Assembly: GCA_950097015.1 (NCBI GenBank)
Contig: CATNEN010000008.1
Span: forward strand, 496,001-560,000
Direction of reading: 5' to 3'
Origin: Macrostomum hystrix
Taxonomy: Eukaryota > Animalia > Platyhelminthes
DNA: 64,000 nucleotides
Below are positions 12,601-25,239 of the stretch, one piece after another. Under the pieces are notes generated by a model. It saw nothing but the letters and a program-made list of their open reading frames with translations. It had not been told where the DNA came from and did not search any database. The translations under genes were made by a program, and so were the position numbers. Every line of letters starts with the position of its first letter. Position 1 is the stretch's first letter.

Positions 12601-15600
12601 CTTGCGCCCGCTGAAACTGAGGATGAAGCTTTTGCACTCGGATGGCATCCTGTCAGACTGCTCGCCGGCCTTCCAGAAGTCGAGGCATGTGTACAGGTCC
12701 GTCACCAGGCTGCCGATGTTGCTAATTGGTACTGGTGGTAGAGGGATGGGCTCCGTCTTGCGTAGCAGGTGGCGAATAGGATCGTCCAAGTTCTTTCCGA
12801 TCACCACCTGAGCGATGAAAAAAAAATACGAAACCCTTATTCTTTTGTGCCCTTTTCAATGCATTCTAAACCAAAATAAACTTTTAAATAAAAATATTGG
12901 AGGCATGGTTACAACAATATTTTTGTCGCAGAGATTTGGCCTCACTTACGGCATCAAGCACAACGCTATCGGTGTTGGGAAGCGTGAAGAGCTGCACAGC
13001 GATGCTGTCAATGCCTGCTTTATCGATGCAGACTTTTCTGAACACCGGTCGCACCAGAAACGGTCGTACCGGCTTACCCTCGACAGCATCGATATCGAAG
13101 TCGCGCGTTGAAGGCAGAGTTAGACTGCCTGAGATTTCAGTGGGCCGGTCCATGCAGTTTAAGGAGTCTGTTCCAGTTGTGAGTTGCACTGGTAGGCTGA
13201 CCTGGCTGCTTATATTCACGGGATACGCTTTGATGACAATGTCATATTCTCCCGTTGGCAGGCCGCGAGTCTTGTTGCGCAGCAATATAACAATGACAGG
13301 CGACGCTGAGCTCGCCAAACGGAGGCCGCAGTCACCAGTGAGGCTTGGAAGTTCCGAGCGCTCAACGCGTGGGAAAGCGACGCGGTTATCAGCTGAGTCC
13401 TCAACCTGCATAATCGAGCCCTCTATTTCGAAGTTGTGCACGTAGAAATTGTCCACAACTTCGTTGCACTGGCGTCCTTTGGAGAGTGTATTTGACCAAA
13501 AGCGATATACTTATTAACAAAGTTGCAGCTTTTTTTCTTCAACTCCATCACATTTACGTGACTGCATTTGCTATGGCTGCTATCACAGCCATTCACGACG
13601 ACTTGGAGAAATCGGGTCAAGAATTTTGGCTCCGACTTGTTTTTCCCTCTCCTTCTGTAAACTATTTAGCTAACCTTCACTTCTTTCCCTTGTCTCTGAT
13701 TGGCTTATCAAGAGATAAGGAGGGACTGAAGGGTTAAGGAAGTGAAGAGGGTAAGAGGCCTGAGGGTAAGAGATGAAAATGATGGGTGAGGAAAGAAAGA
13801 CGAACAGCTAGCCAATCAGAAACGAGGCGCATGACGATGCACACATTCTTGTCAAAATTCAATACCGTTTGTACGTTTCATGCTTTTAAGATAATTATTA
13901 CAACGGTTTACTATAAGGAATCGATTTGTCGCAATAAATGCAGATTTAACGGATTGACCCGATTTCAGGCCATATCAGTCGGAAACAGTATAGACGAAAA
14001 ATCCTATAAAAAAGAGCCTATTAACCAAAAGACGAAGGATGGCCCGAATTCGCTTGAGGCTCTTAAATTCAAGGCTTTAAGGAAGGCTTTTTGTTTATAT
14101 AAACCAAGAGTGCAAGAGTTGTATGCTCATCTTCATCATGTTAATCAGTTATTGCTGGCTTGTTCAAACCACTTAACGATTTGACATTTTTTTTAGAAAT
14201 GTGCAAATCGGAAACTTTTAAACCGAGACAGCAAACGCACCTGTGAATCCCTTCTTGCACTCGCACTCTCCGGTGGCATTGTTGCACTTGGCCGAGACAC
14301 TGCCGCCAATGTTGCAATTGCATGGCGAACAGCCAGAAGCGCTAGCGCTTAAGCCGAAGAAGCCCTCCTTACACCTGCGCAAGAATAGCAAAAACATAAA
14401 CGCCTGATTGGTAAATGAGGCTTATAGAAAGGTGTAAAAAGCAGAACAAAGTGCGCACTTGTTGCAATTGTCTCCCTCGACGTTCTCCTTGCACTCGCAG
14501 GCTCCTGTGTACATGTTGCAGCCCTTGTTGTCCTTGGAGCCAATGACTTGGCAGCCGCACGCCTGGCAACCCACGGGGTTGTTGCTGACCAAATTCCAGA
14601 AGCCCGTCTTGCAGCGGTCGCAATTTTTGCCTTCCACATTTTCCTTGCAAAAGCAATGACCTGTGGATTCAAAGCAAGTCTAATCCAATAAAAATATTGA
14701 TGCGAAAGCGTTTACTGCATAAAAACAATTGAACACATCAACCTGCTCTTCAAGCTGAGGCTTAAAATTTACTTTATTCATTGAAATTCCACATACCGGC
14801 AATAAGGCCACCCTTGGTCTTGTCGGTCTCGCCCTGACAATAGTCCAGCGTGCTGCCCAGTTTGTTACACATGCACGGCAGGCAGATCTCCGGGTCGTCC
14901 AGCAGCTTCGAGTCGTCCCTGTAGTAGCCCTGACATTTTGAAATTCAAATTTTATGTATGACACGATCGAAATGCCTGGCAAGCTTGAAACAAAACTGAT
15001 GCGAATCATTAGCTTTAGCGTAGCTTTCCCACATTGATCGCTTACTTTTTAGGACCAATTCGGTCCTTTTCTTCGTAAAAACGATGTAAAACCAAAGAAT
15101 GGAGGTCTCACCTGAACACAGGTGTCACAGCTGTCCCCAGTGGTGTTATGCATGCATTCTTGACAAATCCCACCGGTTGAGCCACCGCTTTCGTCCCATT
15201 TTGTCTGGGAGAATTGGCAGCGGTTCGAGTGGCCGTGACAGTTGCACCGGCGACACTCGTTGGCTTTGCTCATTGTGGCAGGGGCCCAGCGCCTGTCATG
15301 GTAGAAGTCGCGGCACTCCTCGCAGTTTGGACCCTGGGTATTGTGCATGCATTCGCAATAGCCATACACCTGGGAAATGCAGAGGAATGCACGTATTTTT
15401 CATTTCCTGATGTTTGACAGTTTACACTTGACAGAATGCTATTGTTAAGCGACGTTGTCCATACCGCATTCTTGTCCATCGGGATCATTCCGTCGGCGGG
15501 CCGGCAGGTCATGGCGTGGCCGTTGCAGATGCACAAACCGTGAACATTCATTTCATACAGACCAAAGTAGTACTTGTTGATCTCGTGACTGTCCGGTGAC

Positions 15601-17599
15601 AGCTTCTCATCACCTAATGATTTGGTTATGAAATATCGGAAATGCGAAATGTTGGGCTTTTGAAAAAGTGTTTGCTCAAAGAAACGAGGGAATGGGGGAA
15701 TTCATGTTAAATAAGCTTTTCAAAAAAGTGAAGTCTAATTTTGATTCTGCTTAGAACTTGTTTTCCGCTTCCGCGAACCACACACACAAGTGCATCAAAT
15801 GCTATAATTGTACATTTGGCCTTTTGACTCACTGAGTGTGTGGTACTTCAGCAGGTGCACCCTCAGGTTGGTGATGTCAGTCTGAGCGTCTCGTTTCTCC
15901 TTGGCGTCGACGCTCTTGTCGCTGAAAATGTCCGTCTCTGACAGGTGCTGTGGTATTGCGTTGAAAACTACCTGGCCTTTGTCCGACGGAGTCATCGCAG
16001 TGTAGTCGGAGCTGCACTTGACGTCGTCCAGTTTGTTTCTTGGGCCGCGCTCCACCCAGGGGAAGGTTTCTTCGCATTTCTCCGCAAAGTAGGCGTACGG
16101 CTTGTAGGTCCGGCCGTAGTCAGCGGAACTTGAAAAAAGTGGATATTCATTAGCAAAGGTTCTGATGAGAAATAGCAGAATGAGCAAAAACCTCTCAATT
16201 ATTTCTGCTTCTTATTTGTTTAAGTCAGCATGAAAGCAGAACAATCTAGGCAGTCGAAATGGTAAACATGGGTTAGCTTTCTATTGCGCAACTTTTAAAT
16301 CAATAATCAAGTCGCTACCACTGCTAAACTTTAAGTAAGCTAGCAATTCAACGATTCTGATGAATAAAAGCTGAATTTTTTCCCACAAGCGCTTATTATA
16401 TTGCACGAGTATAGTACGAGTATTTGCCATCGCCTCTGTGCCTCAGAACGGCTTCGCCAAGCGTTCCAATATCATCAGCGTGTCGGCCAAATGTGTCTGC
16501 ACCACCACGGCCTTCTGTTTCAAGTGGCCTTCACCAAGGCGGAGCTTCTAAACCTTCTAAGAGTGACGCCAGATGACAAGACGCTGTGGGTTTCGAATGT
16601 CTCAAATCTCACTTATCAAGCTCTGGAAATTCGCTTGACCTGTTGAAATACTGATGTCGCGATAGTCGATTGGCTCTATTTAGGCGCAGCAAAAAAATTT
16701 GCTGTTAATAATCGCTGTTAAAAATTTGCCGTTAATAAGGTTGTCAGCAGTCAACTCACCGCTCCAGCCACCATGCTTTTGGTCTGTAATTGTGGAAGAT
16801 CATGATGAGATGCGTGAATGTGAACTTCGTGTCCAAGTCCAGCTGGATGGTGACGTTTTCGACGCCTGGCTCCGACATCCACCAGGAGTCATATGTGGTG
16901 TTCGAGTTGCGAATCTTGGCCACAACGTTCCCGATCTGGTGCGAGTACGGGTTCGTGCCCGGATCCCACTCCTTCTCGCTGTTGCACATGCGACAATGGG
17001 ACAAGCCGATAGGGCAGTACTGTTGTGGCTTTGTTGCTCCACAGGTTGAAGAGGCCGTTAGATGGGATACACGACCGATCAACAGGTCACCCTGAGACGG
17101 GAACAGAAAGCCCTGGCCATTGCCTTCTGGAATGTTTAGAAAATGCCGTTTTGCAAGCTTAGTCCATGACCATGAATTCCAACCCCTTAGTGATAGGCTT
17201 GAATAGTGCAATTTACAACATTGAGTGTCAAACTCAAAACGAAGTAAGAAAGGGTGTCTAGATGCGCTGAGTGAGTCTTCGTACACATCCTCTTGATGTC
17301 GCCATTATGGAATTCTCTAAATTAGTTTTTTATCCTTCCGCGAGATCGTGATCGTAGATTGAATTTGATGAGGTGCTGCAAGCTACTCCTTAGTTCGCAT
17401 ACTTATCCGATTATCTTCTCTGTTTCTGTTACTTGTGTAGTAGAGTATATTTAGAGTTATCTTGAGTCTATAATTGTAGAATTCTCAAAAGAAAGAGCCA
17501 AACGTGCTCACCCATTGAGTTGCCGTTGTGCTGGCTCCAGCCCAGCTCTGGCAGCCAGCAGCAGGCCAGCAGCAGGCAGAGTCCAAGCCGACTGCCCAT
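6665..17599 (-). CDS. LAMB1: Laminin subunit beta (LN - LE1-5 - LF/IVB - LE6-13 - coiled coil with beta knob); terminal exon unresolved
   Basis: Exons, all GT-AG with consistent phases: 17599-17512, 17126-16760, 16128-15833, 15613-15465, 15369-15112, 14929-14797, 14660-14459, 14374-14241, 13476-12950, 12807-12501, 12188-11843, 11614-11187, 10993-10691, 10565-10244, 10108-9673, 9244-9023, 8937-8715, 8484-8189, 7802-7626, 7201-7051, 6808-6665 (5509 nt). Diagnostic motifs: signal peptide, GDLLIGR, WWMSEPGVENVTIQLDL, HLIMIF, ERSADYG, TNLR, 13 LE repeats, CGECWYNWD coiled-coil start, CSSVCGG-PGFCG beta knob. Symbol denotes the beta1/LanB1 type, not strict orthology. Confidence 0.93.
7455..7550 (-). 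mobile_element. SINE family 2 fragment (tRNA-like head plus Meta-like core)
   Basis: Reverse strand GGACTCATGAATTTAAGGTCAGAGGTTCGTTTCCC ... CATTGCTTCACTTCACCCAGCTGTTCAATGGGTACCAGC, homologous to 63075-63213. Confidence 0.6.
8513..8660. repeat. Intronic minisatellite, 16-bp unit GAGAGATGAGACTGGG
   Basis: Tandem unit read directly in laminin intron 17. Confidence 0.85.
9326..9626 (-). mobile_element. SINE family 1, near full-length diverged copy in laminin intron 15
   Basis: Reverse strand head GTGGCAGTGCGGTGAAACGCGTTTGC ... CTCGATTCGGCGGCGAGGCCAC, body CCTGACGATGAGAAAGTCAGGGCAG, GAGTCAGCGAAGTGGGCGAAATTGCC. Confidence 0.85.
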
Positions 17600-19624
17600 C
17601 GCCTTGTTGATCCGCGTTCGCCTCTGTCAATGAACGATGGCAGCTCGAGCTATCGCTAATCAAGAACTAAATTGCAGCTGCTTTTGGGCATGAAGCGGCA
17701 GCTTGCAGCGCTTGGTTTGCAAGGGAAAGGAAGGCCGGGAATAAGGAAGGGGTTGAGAAAGCTAACCGAATCGGGTCGGGGGGGGTTTTCTGGGCCAACG
17801 AAAATGGAGGTTCGGTTTGTTGAAACCCTGGGAGCGATGACTATAGGATAGACTGGCAAAGGGTTTTGAAGTTCCTAATTCGTTGCCCAATGCAGCATGT
17901 ACGCGCAGCACCGCCTAAGACGCGCAACATCCTCCAACCTCAATTCCAGATTCTTTGGTCCTCGTTCGGCTCCTTGAATTCCCACTCTGCCCTAGGGGTC
18001 TATACAGTTCTCTTTACCTGCAGAAACGAAAGGAACAGAGAAAAAAGAAGCGCTCCCGGCCCCTCATTGAACCCCCTCTCGAAGATGGATCAATAATGTG
18101 TCGCGGAGTGGTGCGTGCGTCAGAACCAATTCTGTGCAATGGCGCAGCCGACATGACTAGACAGTTCGCTTTGGCCATGCAGTCTCCCTTCCATTTGCTT
18201 TTCGTCAATGTATATGGCTGCTTTTGTGAATCGGCATATTGTATGTAAATGAGCGCACAAACCATGTTCATCTATAATATCATATACAGTATGAATAGGA
18301 GGATGCCATGATCAACTGACTGTGCGTTGTATATCAGCCTCGTAATTAGAGAATTTCCTAAGTGTTAAGTATCAAAAAGGTGACATTTTTCTGTTAACAC
18401 CAGCCTAATTCATAAACATAAAAAATGAATTAAAAAGCCCCGGAACGATACGCGCTAAAAAAAACAAAACCAATATAGAATTTGTCTCTTTTCAACTCAC
18501 TGGCTTAACCGCGCAGTAGGCTAGCTTCTGTGCATTGGGTGTTCGCATCGAAGAGAAGATCGGGCCATGATTGAAACCGAAATTAGGGGGTCGAATTTCA
18601 TGCGAATTTCCCTAAACTGCCATAATATGCAAAATTTAATCAATGTCAGCCCTCCGTGAAATATACAGCCGCATGAAAACACATATCGCGCCACTGTTTC
18701 ATTTCTCGCGCTATTCACTTAACCGCAGCAAGTCGTTATTTTGATTGACCCATGTTAACAAAGTGCTTATGTTCATTTCCCGACAGAATTGACGGGTAAC
18801 TTAATGCACAGATAGACCACCGACTAATAGGATTCGATAAACAGCGAAGTACACAGATCGAATGAATTTCGTAAACCAATGGACTTCGCAAAAGACCCAA
18901 CAGTAAAACAGTTAAAACGAGTCTAAAATATTGCAAAGAAATTATTCATGCAGTTTAGAATTTAGAATTATTTATTGCGTATTGTTCTAAATTAATCAAT
19001 TGCAACAAGTAAACAGTTTTTGACTTGACTTTGTGAGTTCCGGAATTCGTTAAAAAGAAAGGATTTTTTAAGCACGGATTCAGTTTGTTGCTTTATCCGA
19101 ATATAGTTCACCCGAAGTTGCTAGTGCTTCATTTAAAACGTTTTTGTGTTGTTCCTATACTAGGTCCAGCCTAATGTCAGGGGGTGGAGAATGAGACCGA
19201 CAGTGCGTAATCAAAATGCATATTATTGGTCTATATTGGATACGTTTCTACTACTTGAAGAAGAATTGTACACTTGCCTGAATTATTTGTTCTAGAGCAA
19301 AATTATTCAAATTCTTTGCAAACGCTTGTTAGACCATGGCAGTATAGACAATCGTGCATATTATCTTACTAGCCATAAGCTGTGATAAATAACAGACAAT
19401 TTTTTTTGGTTTAAACGAATAAAACTGCTAACTGTACCAACTTTTGAATAATATTACTTGTGACTGTTTTCGATTTGTAAATTTAGGTAGGCCTAGTCCT
19501 ATGCAAAAGCTCATTATTTTTTATGCATGTTTTGCTCTTAGGCCTTGTACTGAAGTGGCTCTCAGACATTTAATAAAGCTAATTATCAATAGCTAATATA
19601 TAGTGCAGGCCTAAGTATTGAAAA

Positions 19625-19905
19625 CATACATGTGCAACCTCCCAAATCTTAGCTGGCTGTGCGACTTAGTTTTTGCTCTCATTTGTGACTTAGTTTGTTT
19701 CATTGCTCTATTTACGACTTAGTTTGCTCTCATTTGCTCTCTTTTTCTCTCCCCTTTTTCCATTTCTTCACGCCTTCCTTTTTTGTCCCTTGGTCCCCCC
19801 TTTGATTTTTTTGCGCTTGGTCGATTGGTTTTTGCGACTTACCTTGCTTGGCCCTCGTTTCACCCAGCCGGTTTGGCTGGGTCGGCCAGGTGTTGCGCAT
19901 GTATG
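19625..19905. mobile_element. hAT-type MITE (281 bp), copy 1
   Basis: TIRs CATACATGTGCAAC / GTTGCGCATGTATG; 8-bp TSD ATTGAAAA on both sides; internal GACTTAG sub-repeats; near-identical to 23412-23693. Confidence 0.9.
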
Positions 19906-21161
19906 ATTGAAAATGAAATTTAAATGAAAGTGATCTAGTTTCTTATTGCTAGGCCACTTTAGTTTAGATATATTTTTGCATTGAGAAGGAATCTTTATGA
20001 TTTCTTCATAAAGTTGAGCCTTTAGCTATCTGCTTATCAATTTTTTCTGGTTGCTAGATAATTTTTGGCATTGTTTTTGAATCATTCATTAGGCCTAAAC
20101 AGTTTTTCTTAAAAGTTTCATTTCCAATCAATGCAATGACTTGGAATTTCGATTGTTAAGGTTGCTTTTTGCACCTAATGAACTGGGACTGCTTCTGGGT
20201 TCTAGGGAACTTGTCTGTGGCAAATGTTTAGTGCAAGGGGGATAAAAGCAAAATGGTTGACATGCTTGGGAGTGTCTATGGCCAAAAAGGATGAGCTGGT
20301 TAGTGGCAGTGGAAGCATTAGCACATTTACTGCATTCTGCTAACACACTCTACTAATTTTCTAATGTTAACTAACACACACTTAAAGTCTATTAACACCA
20401 TGCTGGGATGCCACCTGGCAGCACCATCATTTATTGTGGGTCCAAACTCCCTTATTATTACCCCTGCTGAATTTTGACATGCAATCCTGCAGAATTTGGA
20501 CACAACATTTGAGGCTCATCATATCATTGTTTCTGTTTTTTTTAATTGTTTCCCATTGTTTCAAAATGATTTCCAAATGTTTTCGCATAGATTAAAATTT
20601 TTTTTCTGAAAAACAGTTTAACAAACAATTAAAAAAAGAATGCCAATTTTTTATATATAATTAAGGCTTGTATGACTACTTAATCACATATATTTATTGA
20701 ACACATTGGGCATTAGCAAAGTTAAAAAAGGAGGATAGTCCGTTTATTTTGCAAATTTAGGAGAGCAAATCTATAAGACATAACATATTAGACTAGTTAT
20801 CTAGGTATTAGTTAAAAAATAGTTTCAACAACCCTTAATATTATTGTGTTTATATGCCTATATAAAGCTAGTAATAATGGTCCCAAAGTATCCTGGCTTT
20901 GTCTAGCCCAAACCAACTTGCTTTAGAAAACTCAGTAACTCAGTAACTGTGACTCAAACATGAAATTTTTGTCGATGTTTTTAATTTGTTATAATCAATT
21001 GTTCTAAATCTTTGTATTATATGTCTCTGTTTCAGCACAATGTACCCAATAAGTGTCATCTAGCTAATTAAAAGACTAATCATTTTTAATCTACCGATAG
21101 AGCATCAAGTAGCTGACCAGCCAATTTGAGTTGGACTGCCAAACTACAAGAAACACTAGCT

Positions 21162-24100
21162 ATGAACCCAAATAATCATGATGAGGATAGTATGTCTTTT
21201 TTGTTAAACTTATTAACAAGGGATAATCAACAAGATGAGCTTATGACAGATGCAAATGCAGCCGATGTGCAACAGCAGCAGCAGCACAGTGAGCACAGTG
21301 AGCACACATCACTGGAAGACATCGAGCCATCGCTCGACTTGTTCGAGTATCCACCAGCTCCAGTTGGCTTTGATGCGCTGCCACCGCCGACGACAGTCTT
21401 CAGCATTGACGGAAACAACAGCGGCGGAGCTGCTGCAGTTGGTAGTGTTTCATGGCAGCAAATGCAGCAGCAGGATCCTCAGCAAGCTGGAGCTGCCTTC
21501 CAGCAGTACCGCAACCACTCCAGCTGTTCTAGCTATTCTAATTTCTCCAGCTCCGTGCCTTCTGTAGCTTCCACTCCTTCGCTGCTGAGCGGCATCAACA
21601 CCCCGGCGCATCCGCGCGAATGGTCGCGCGGCGCAGCATACGTCACCGGATCGTCTATATCTGCCTCCGCAGTCGCCGTTGTCAGCGTCGCCGCTGGCTC
21701 GAGCGCGTCGGCGATTGATCCGGACGAAAATCGGCGCCGCTTCGCCGACGTCAACAGCCTGTCTCGCCAGGAGCTCTACGACACAATTAGCAGTCGACTT
21801 ATGCGAGTCGGCAGCGGCTCCACTGTCGGTTTCGGCGGCGACAGTGCCTCGCCGTCGGCCGCCAACTCATCTGAAGCACCAGAGTCGCCTAGATGGCAGC
21901 AGCAGCAGCAGCAATCCCATCATCATCATCGGCATCATCACAGCGGCGGTTCAGCTTCTGCATCTTCGGCTACCTCAATTGTCGTAAGCGGCGCTTCTAC
22001 CGCTTCCGCCGTCGACAGCAGCGACGTCGACCCTGCAACCGTCGGCGGCGAAGCTCATCTGAAAGACGAGCCAGCGACGCCGCCGTCAACTCCGTCGCGT
22101 CTGCCGCGGCATCAGCGTGAGCCCCACAAGAAGGCCGAGAAGAAGCGTGTTGAAAAGATTCGCCAGCGACTGGATCAGCTACGCGAGCTATGCGGCAGCG
22201 GCGGCGGAGCTGATAGGTCCGAAGCCAAGCTTCTTAGTCGCGTACTGACTTTCCTTCGAGAGCTTCAGGCAGCTAATAGACGGGCTGGAGATGAAGCAGC
22301 TCTGCTTCAGGTTCGCATTGTACAAATAACTAATTTGTGTGTACTTGCGTAGGCTGGCGATATGAAAAAGGTTTGCGGCTGTCAAGAAATGGTGGAGAAC
22401 TTTGGGCGTCATTGGGGCAGGCCTCACTGAGAGTGTGGATGGTGACAGCTCTCACTGAGGGTCTGGATGGTGACAGCTCTCACTTAGGGGCTGGATGGTG
22501 ACAGCTCTCACTGAGGGTCTGGATGGTGACAGCTCTCACTTAGGGGCTGGATGGGGCTCGCGGCCTGTTAAGTATGGCGGCCATCTAGGATAGCTCGTAG
22601 AATCTGGATGGGCCAAATATTTTCTATATTTCATTTGATTGCCGCCCTGTAACTCAATCAAATTCTCTACGAGATGTGCCCTCGTATGTGCCCTCAGGCT
22701 AAGCTCACTGAGCTGGAAGCCGAGCAGAAGCAACTCCTTGAAGATCTAAACAATGAAGACGACGTCGACGCAGCCATAGACGAAGGTTTCGGCGCGGTCA
22801 AACTCGAATCGGATGGCGCAGACGAAGATGCTGATATGGCCTCGGAGAACACCATAACACATGACTACAGGTAATGTACTGGTTGTGCGCGCAGCTAAGA
22901 AGCTTCATCACGTGCCCACTGGTCCTTAGAGTCAATATCCTACCACCCAACTGGTCCTTAGATTCAATATCCTTAACTTCCAACTGGTCCTCAGCTTCAA
23001 TATCCTTAACCTCCGACTGGTCCTCACATTCAATATCCTTAACCTCCGACTTTTCCTCACATTCAATATCCTTAACCTCCGACTGGTCCTCAGATTCAAT
23101 ATTCTTAACCTCCGACTGGTCCTCAGCTTCAATATCCTTAAGCTCCGACTGTTCCTCAAATTCAATATCCTTAACCTCCCACTGGTCCTCAGATTCAATA
23201 TCCTACCATCCAACTGGTCCTCAGATTCAATATCCTACCATCCAACTGGTCCTCAGATTCAATATCCTTAACCTCCCACTGGTCCTCAGCTTCAATATCC
23301 TTAACCTCCAACTGGTCCTCAGATTCAATATCCTTAACCTCCCACTGGTCCTCAGATTCAATATCCTTAACCTCCAACTGGTCCTCAGATTCAATATCCT
23401 TAACCTCCGACCATACATGCGCAACCTCCCAAATCTTAGCCGGCCGTGCGACTTAGTTTTTGCTCTCATTTGCGACTTAGTTCGTTTCATTGCTCTATTT
23501 ACGACTTAGTTTGCTCTCATTTGCTCTCTTTTTCTCTCCCCTTTTTCCTTTTCTTCACGCCTTCCTTTTTTGTCCCTTGGTCCCCCCTTTGATTTTTTTT
23601 GCGCTTGGTTGATTGGTTTTTGCGACTTACCTTGCTTGGCCCTCGTTTCACCCGGCCGGTTCGGCCGGGTCGGCCGGGTGTTGCGCATGTATGCCTCCGA
23701 CTGGTCCTCACATTCAATATCCTTAACCTCCGACTGTTCCTCAAATTCAATATCCTTTACCTCCCACTGGTCCTCAGCTTCAATATCCTTAACCTCCCAC
23801 TGGTCCTCAGCTTCAATATCCTTAACCTCCCACTGGTCCTCAGCTTCAATATCCTTAACCTCCAACTGGTCCTCAGATTCAATATCCTACCATCCAACTG
23901 GTCCTCAGATTCAATATCCTACCATCCAACTTGTCCTCAGATTCAATATCCTTAACCTCCCACTGGTCCTCAGCTTCAATATCCTTAACCTCCCACTGGT
24001 CCTCAGATTCAATATCCTTAACCTCCAACTGGTCCTCAGATTCAATATCCTTAACCTCCCACTTGTCCTCAGCTTCAATATCCTTAACCTCCCACTGGTC

Positions 24101-24659
24101 CTCAGATTCAATATCCTTAACCTCCCACTGGTCCTCAGCTTCAATATCCTACCATCCAACTGGTTCTCAGATTCAATATCCTACCATCCAACTGGTCCTC
24201 AGATTCAATATCCTTAACCTCCGACAGGTCCTCAGATTCAGTATAACAAAATATTTCAGGCATCAGTTGGGCTCTCAAGTGGCTCTCCAGCAGAAGCAGC
24301 AGCAGCAGCAGCAGCAGCAGCTTCAGGATCATGCAGTGAGGCATCGCCAATCTGAAGCAGCTAGTCTGTCAGCCGGTCTGTCAGCCTATTGTCAGGACCG
24401 TCTGGGCTCAACTGACCGCTCTGTGGTTCTGTTTCACCGTCTGGTTGGCGACCTTCTAGTTGACAGTTTTCGTCAATCGGTTCTTCCGCAGACTCCTGTT
24501 GCTAATGGCAACGCCAGCGAAGCCAGTAGCGCTAGTGCTTCCATGCCTGATTTGGCATTTCGTTCCAATGTACAGCGGTGGCTGGCTAGCCTGACCATTA
24601 GCCGACTGCGTAGGGATGTGAATCAGAAACTGAACGAAGTGGCTGTGGAGTTTTTGTAG
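21162..24659 (+). CDS. MLX: Mlx/Mondo-family bHLH-leucine-zipper transcription factor, ~573 aa, join(21162..22310,22698..22870,24260..24659)
   Basis: bHLH QREPHKKAEKKRVEKIRQRLDQLRELC...EAKLLSRVLTFLRELQ followed by a heptad zipper. C-terminal LFHRLVGDLLVDSFRQSV...VQRWL...LRRDVNQKL resembles the Mlx/Mondo DCD domain. GT-AG introns with phases 0 and 2 give an open frame. Long Ser/Gln/His low-complexity N-terminus. Mlx versus Mondo assignment and the start codon are tentative. Confidence 0.7.
22423..22554. repeat. Intronic minisatellite, 28-bp unit GGATGGTGACAGCTCTCACTGAGGGTCT, about 4.5 copies
   Basis: Tandem unit read directly in intron 1 of the bHLH gene. Confidence 0.9.
22918..24240. repeat. 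Intronic minisatellite, 33/32-bp units TTCAATATCCTTAACCTCCCACTGGTCCTCAGA, interrupted by a MITE
   Basis: Fills nearly all of intron 2 of the bHLH gene; two unit classes (33 bp and 32 bp TACCATCC variant). Confidence 0.95.
23412..23693. mobile_element. hAT-type MITE (282 bp), copy 2, inserted inside the minisatellite
   Basis: Perfect 14-bp TIR CATACATGCGCAAC / GTTGCGCATGTATG; 8-bp TSD CCTCCGAC (23404-23411, 23694-23701) taken from the repeat unit. Confidence 0.92.
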
Positions 24660-25239
24660 GCCTTATTAACTCCCGTAGCTGAATTTTGGTCACCATACCC
24701 TGCCTTAACCTTATTTAACTGCATAATCGGTGCTTTAAAATAACGAAATTCTCAATTGCGGTTTTTTCCCTAACGCCTACTGAATTGAGTAGAATGTTGC
24801 GGTTAGCAATCGCTATTTTTGCCTTTTTATAACACATTTTTTTCGTGGGCTTACATACTCTACCGTTGTACCCGTGAAATAGGTTTTTGTTTTATATGAA
24901 ACCAAAATATTTTATAGTTGTGTGTAATTCTTAATTTAAATTATTATCAGAAACTTTCATGACGATAGATAATTTTGTGTCTTGCTTTAGATGTCCTCAT
25001 TAAGATTGTGTCTGTTCAATTTTCACTTGGCATTGTTTATTTACCATCGAGATTGTTTCAGAAAAATATCTTTGTGTAATAAGTCCCCATCTATTTTTTG
25101 TTCGTTTTCAGTTGTTCTTGCTATTTTTATTGTTCTCGCCATTACGATTCAGAGCAATATGAAAGAATACATAGATTAAAGGACGAACTCGCTCTCTCCG
25201 ATTGTGGATATTGTGGTCTCGAATTACAATCTTCTCTTA

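Noticed and set aside
13694-13820. 11-bp inverted repeat TCTGATTGGCT / AGCCAATCAGA as a MITE
   Set aside because: No TSD or second copy; equally explained as two opposed CCAAT boxes.
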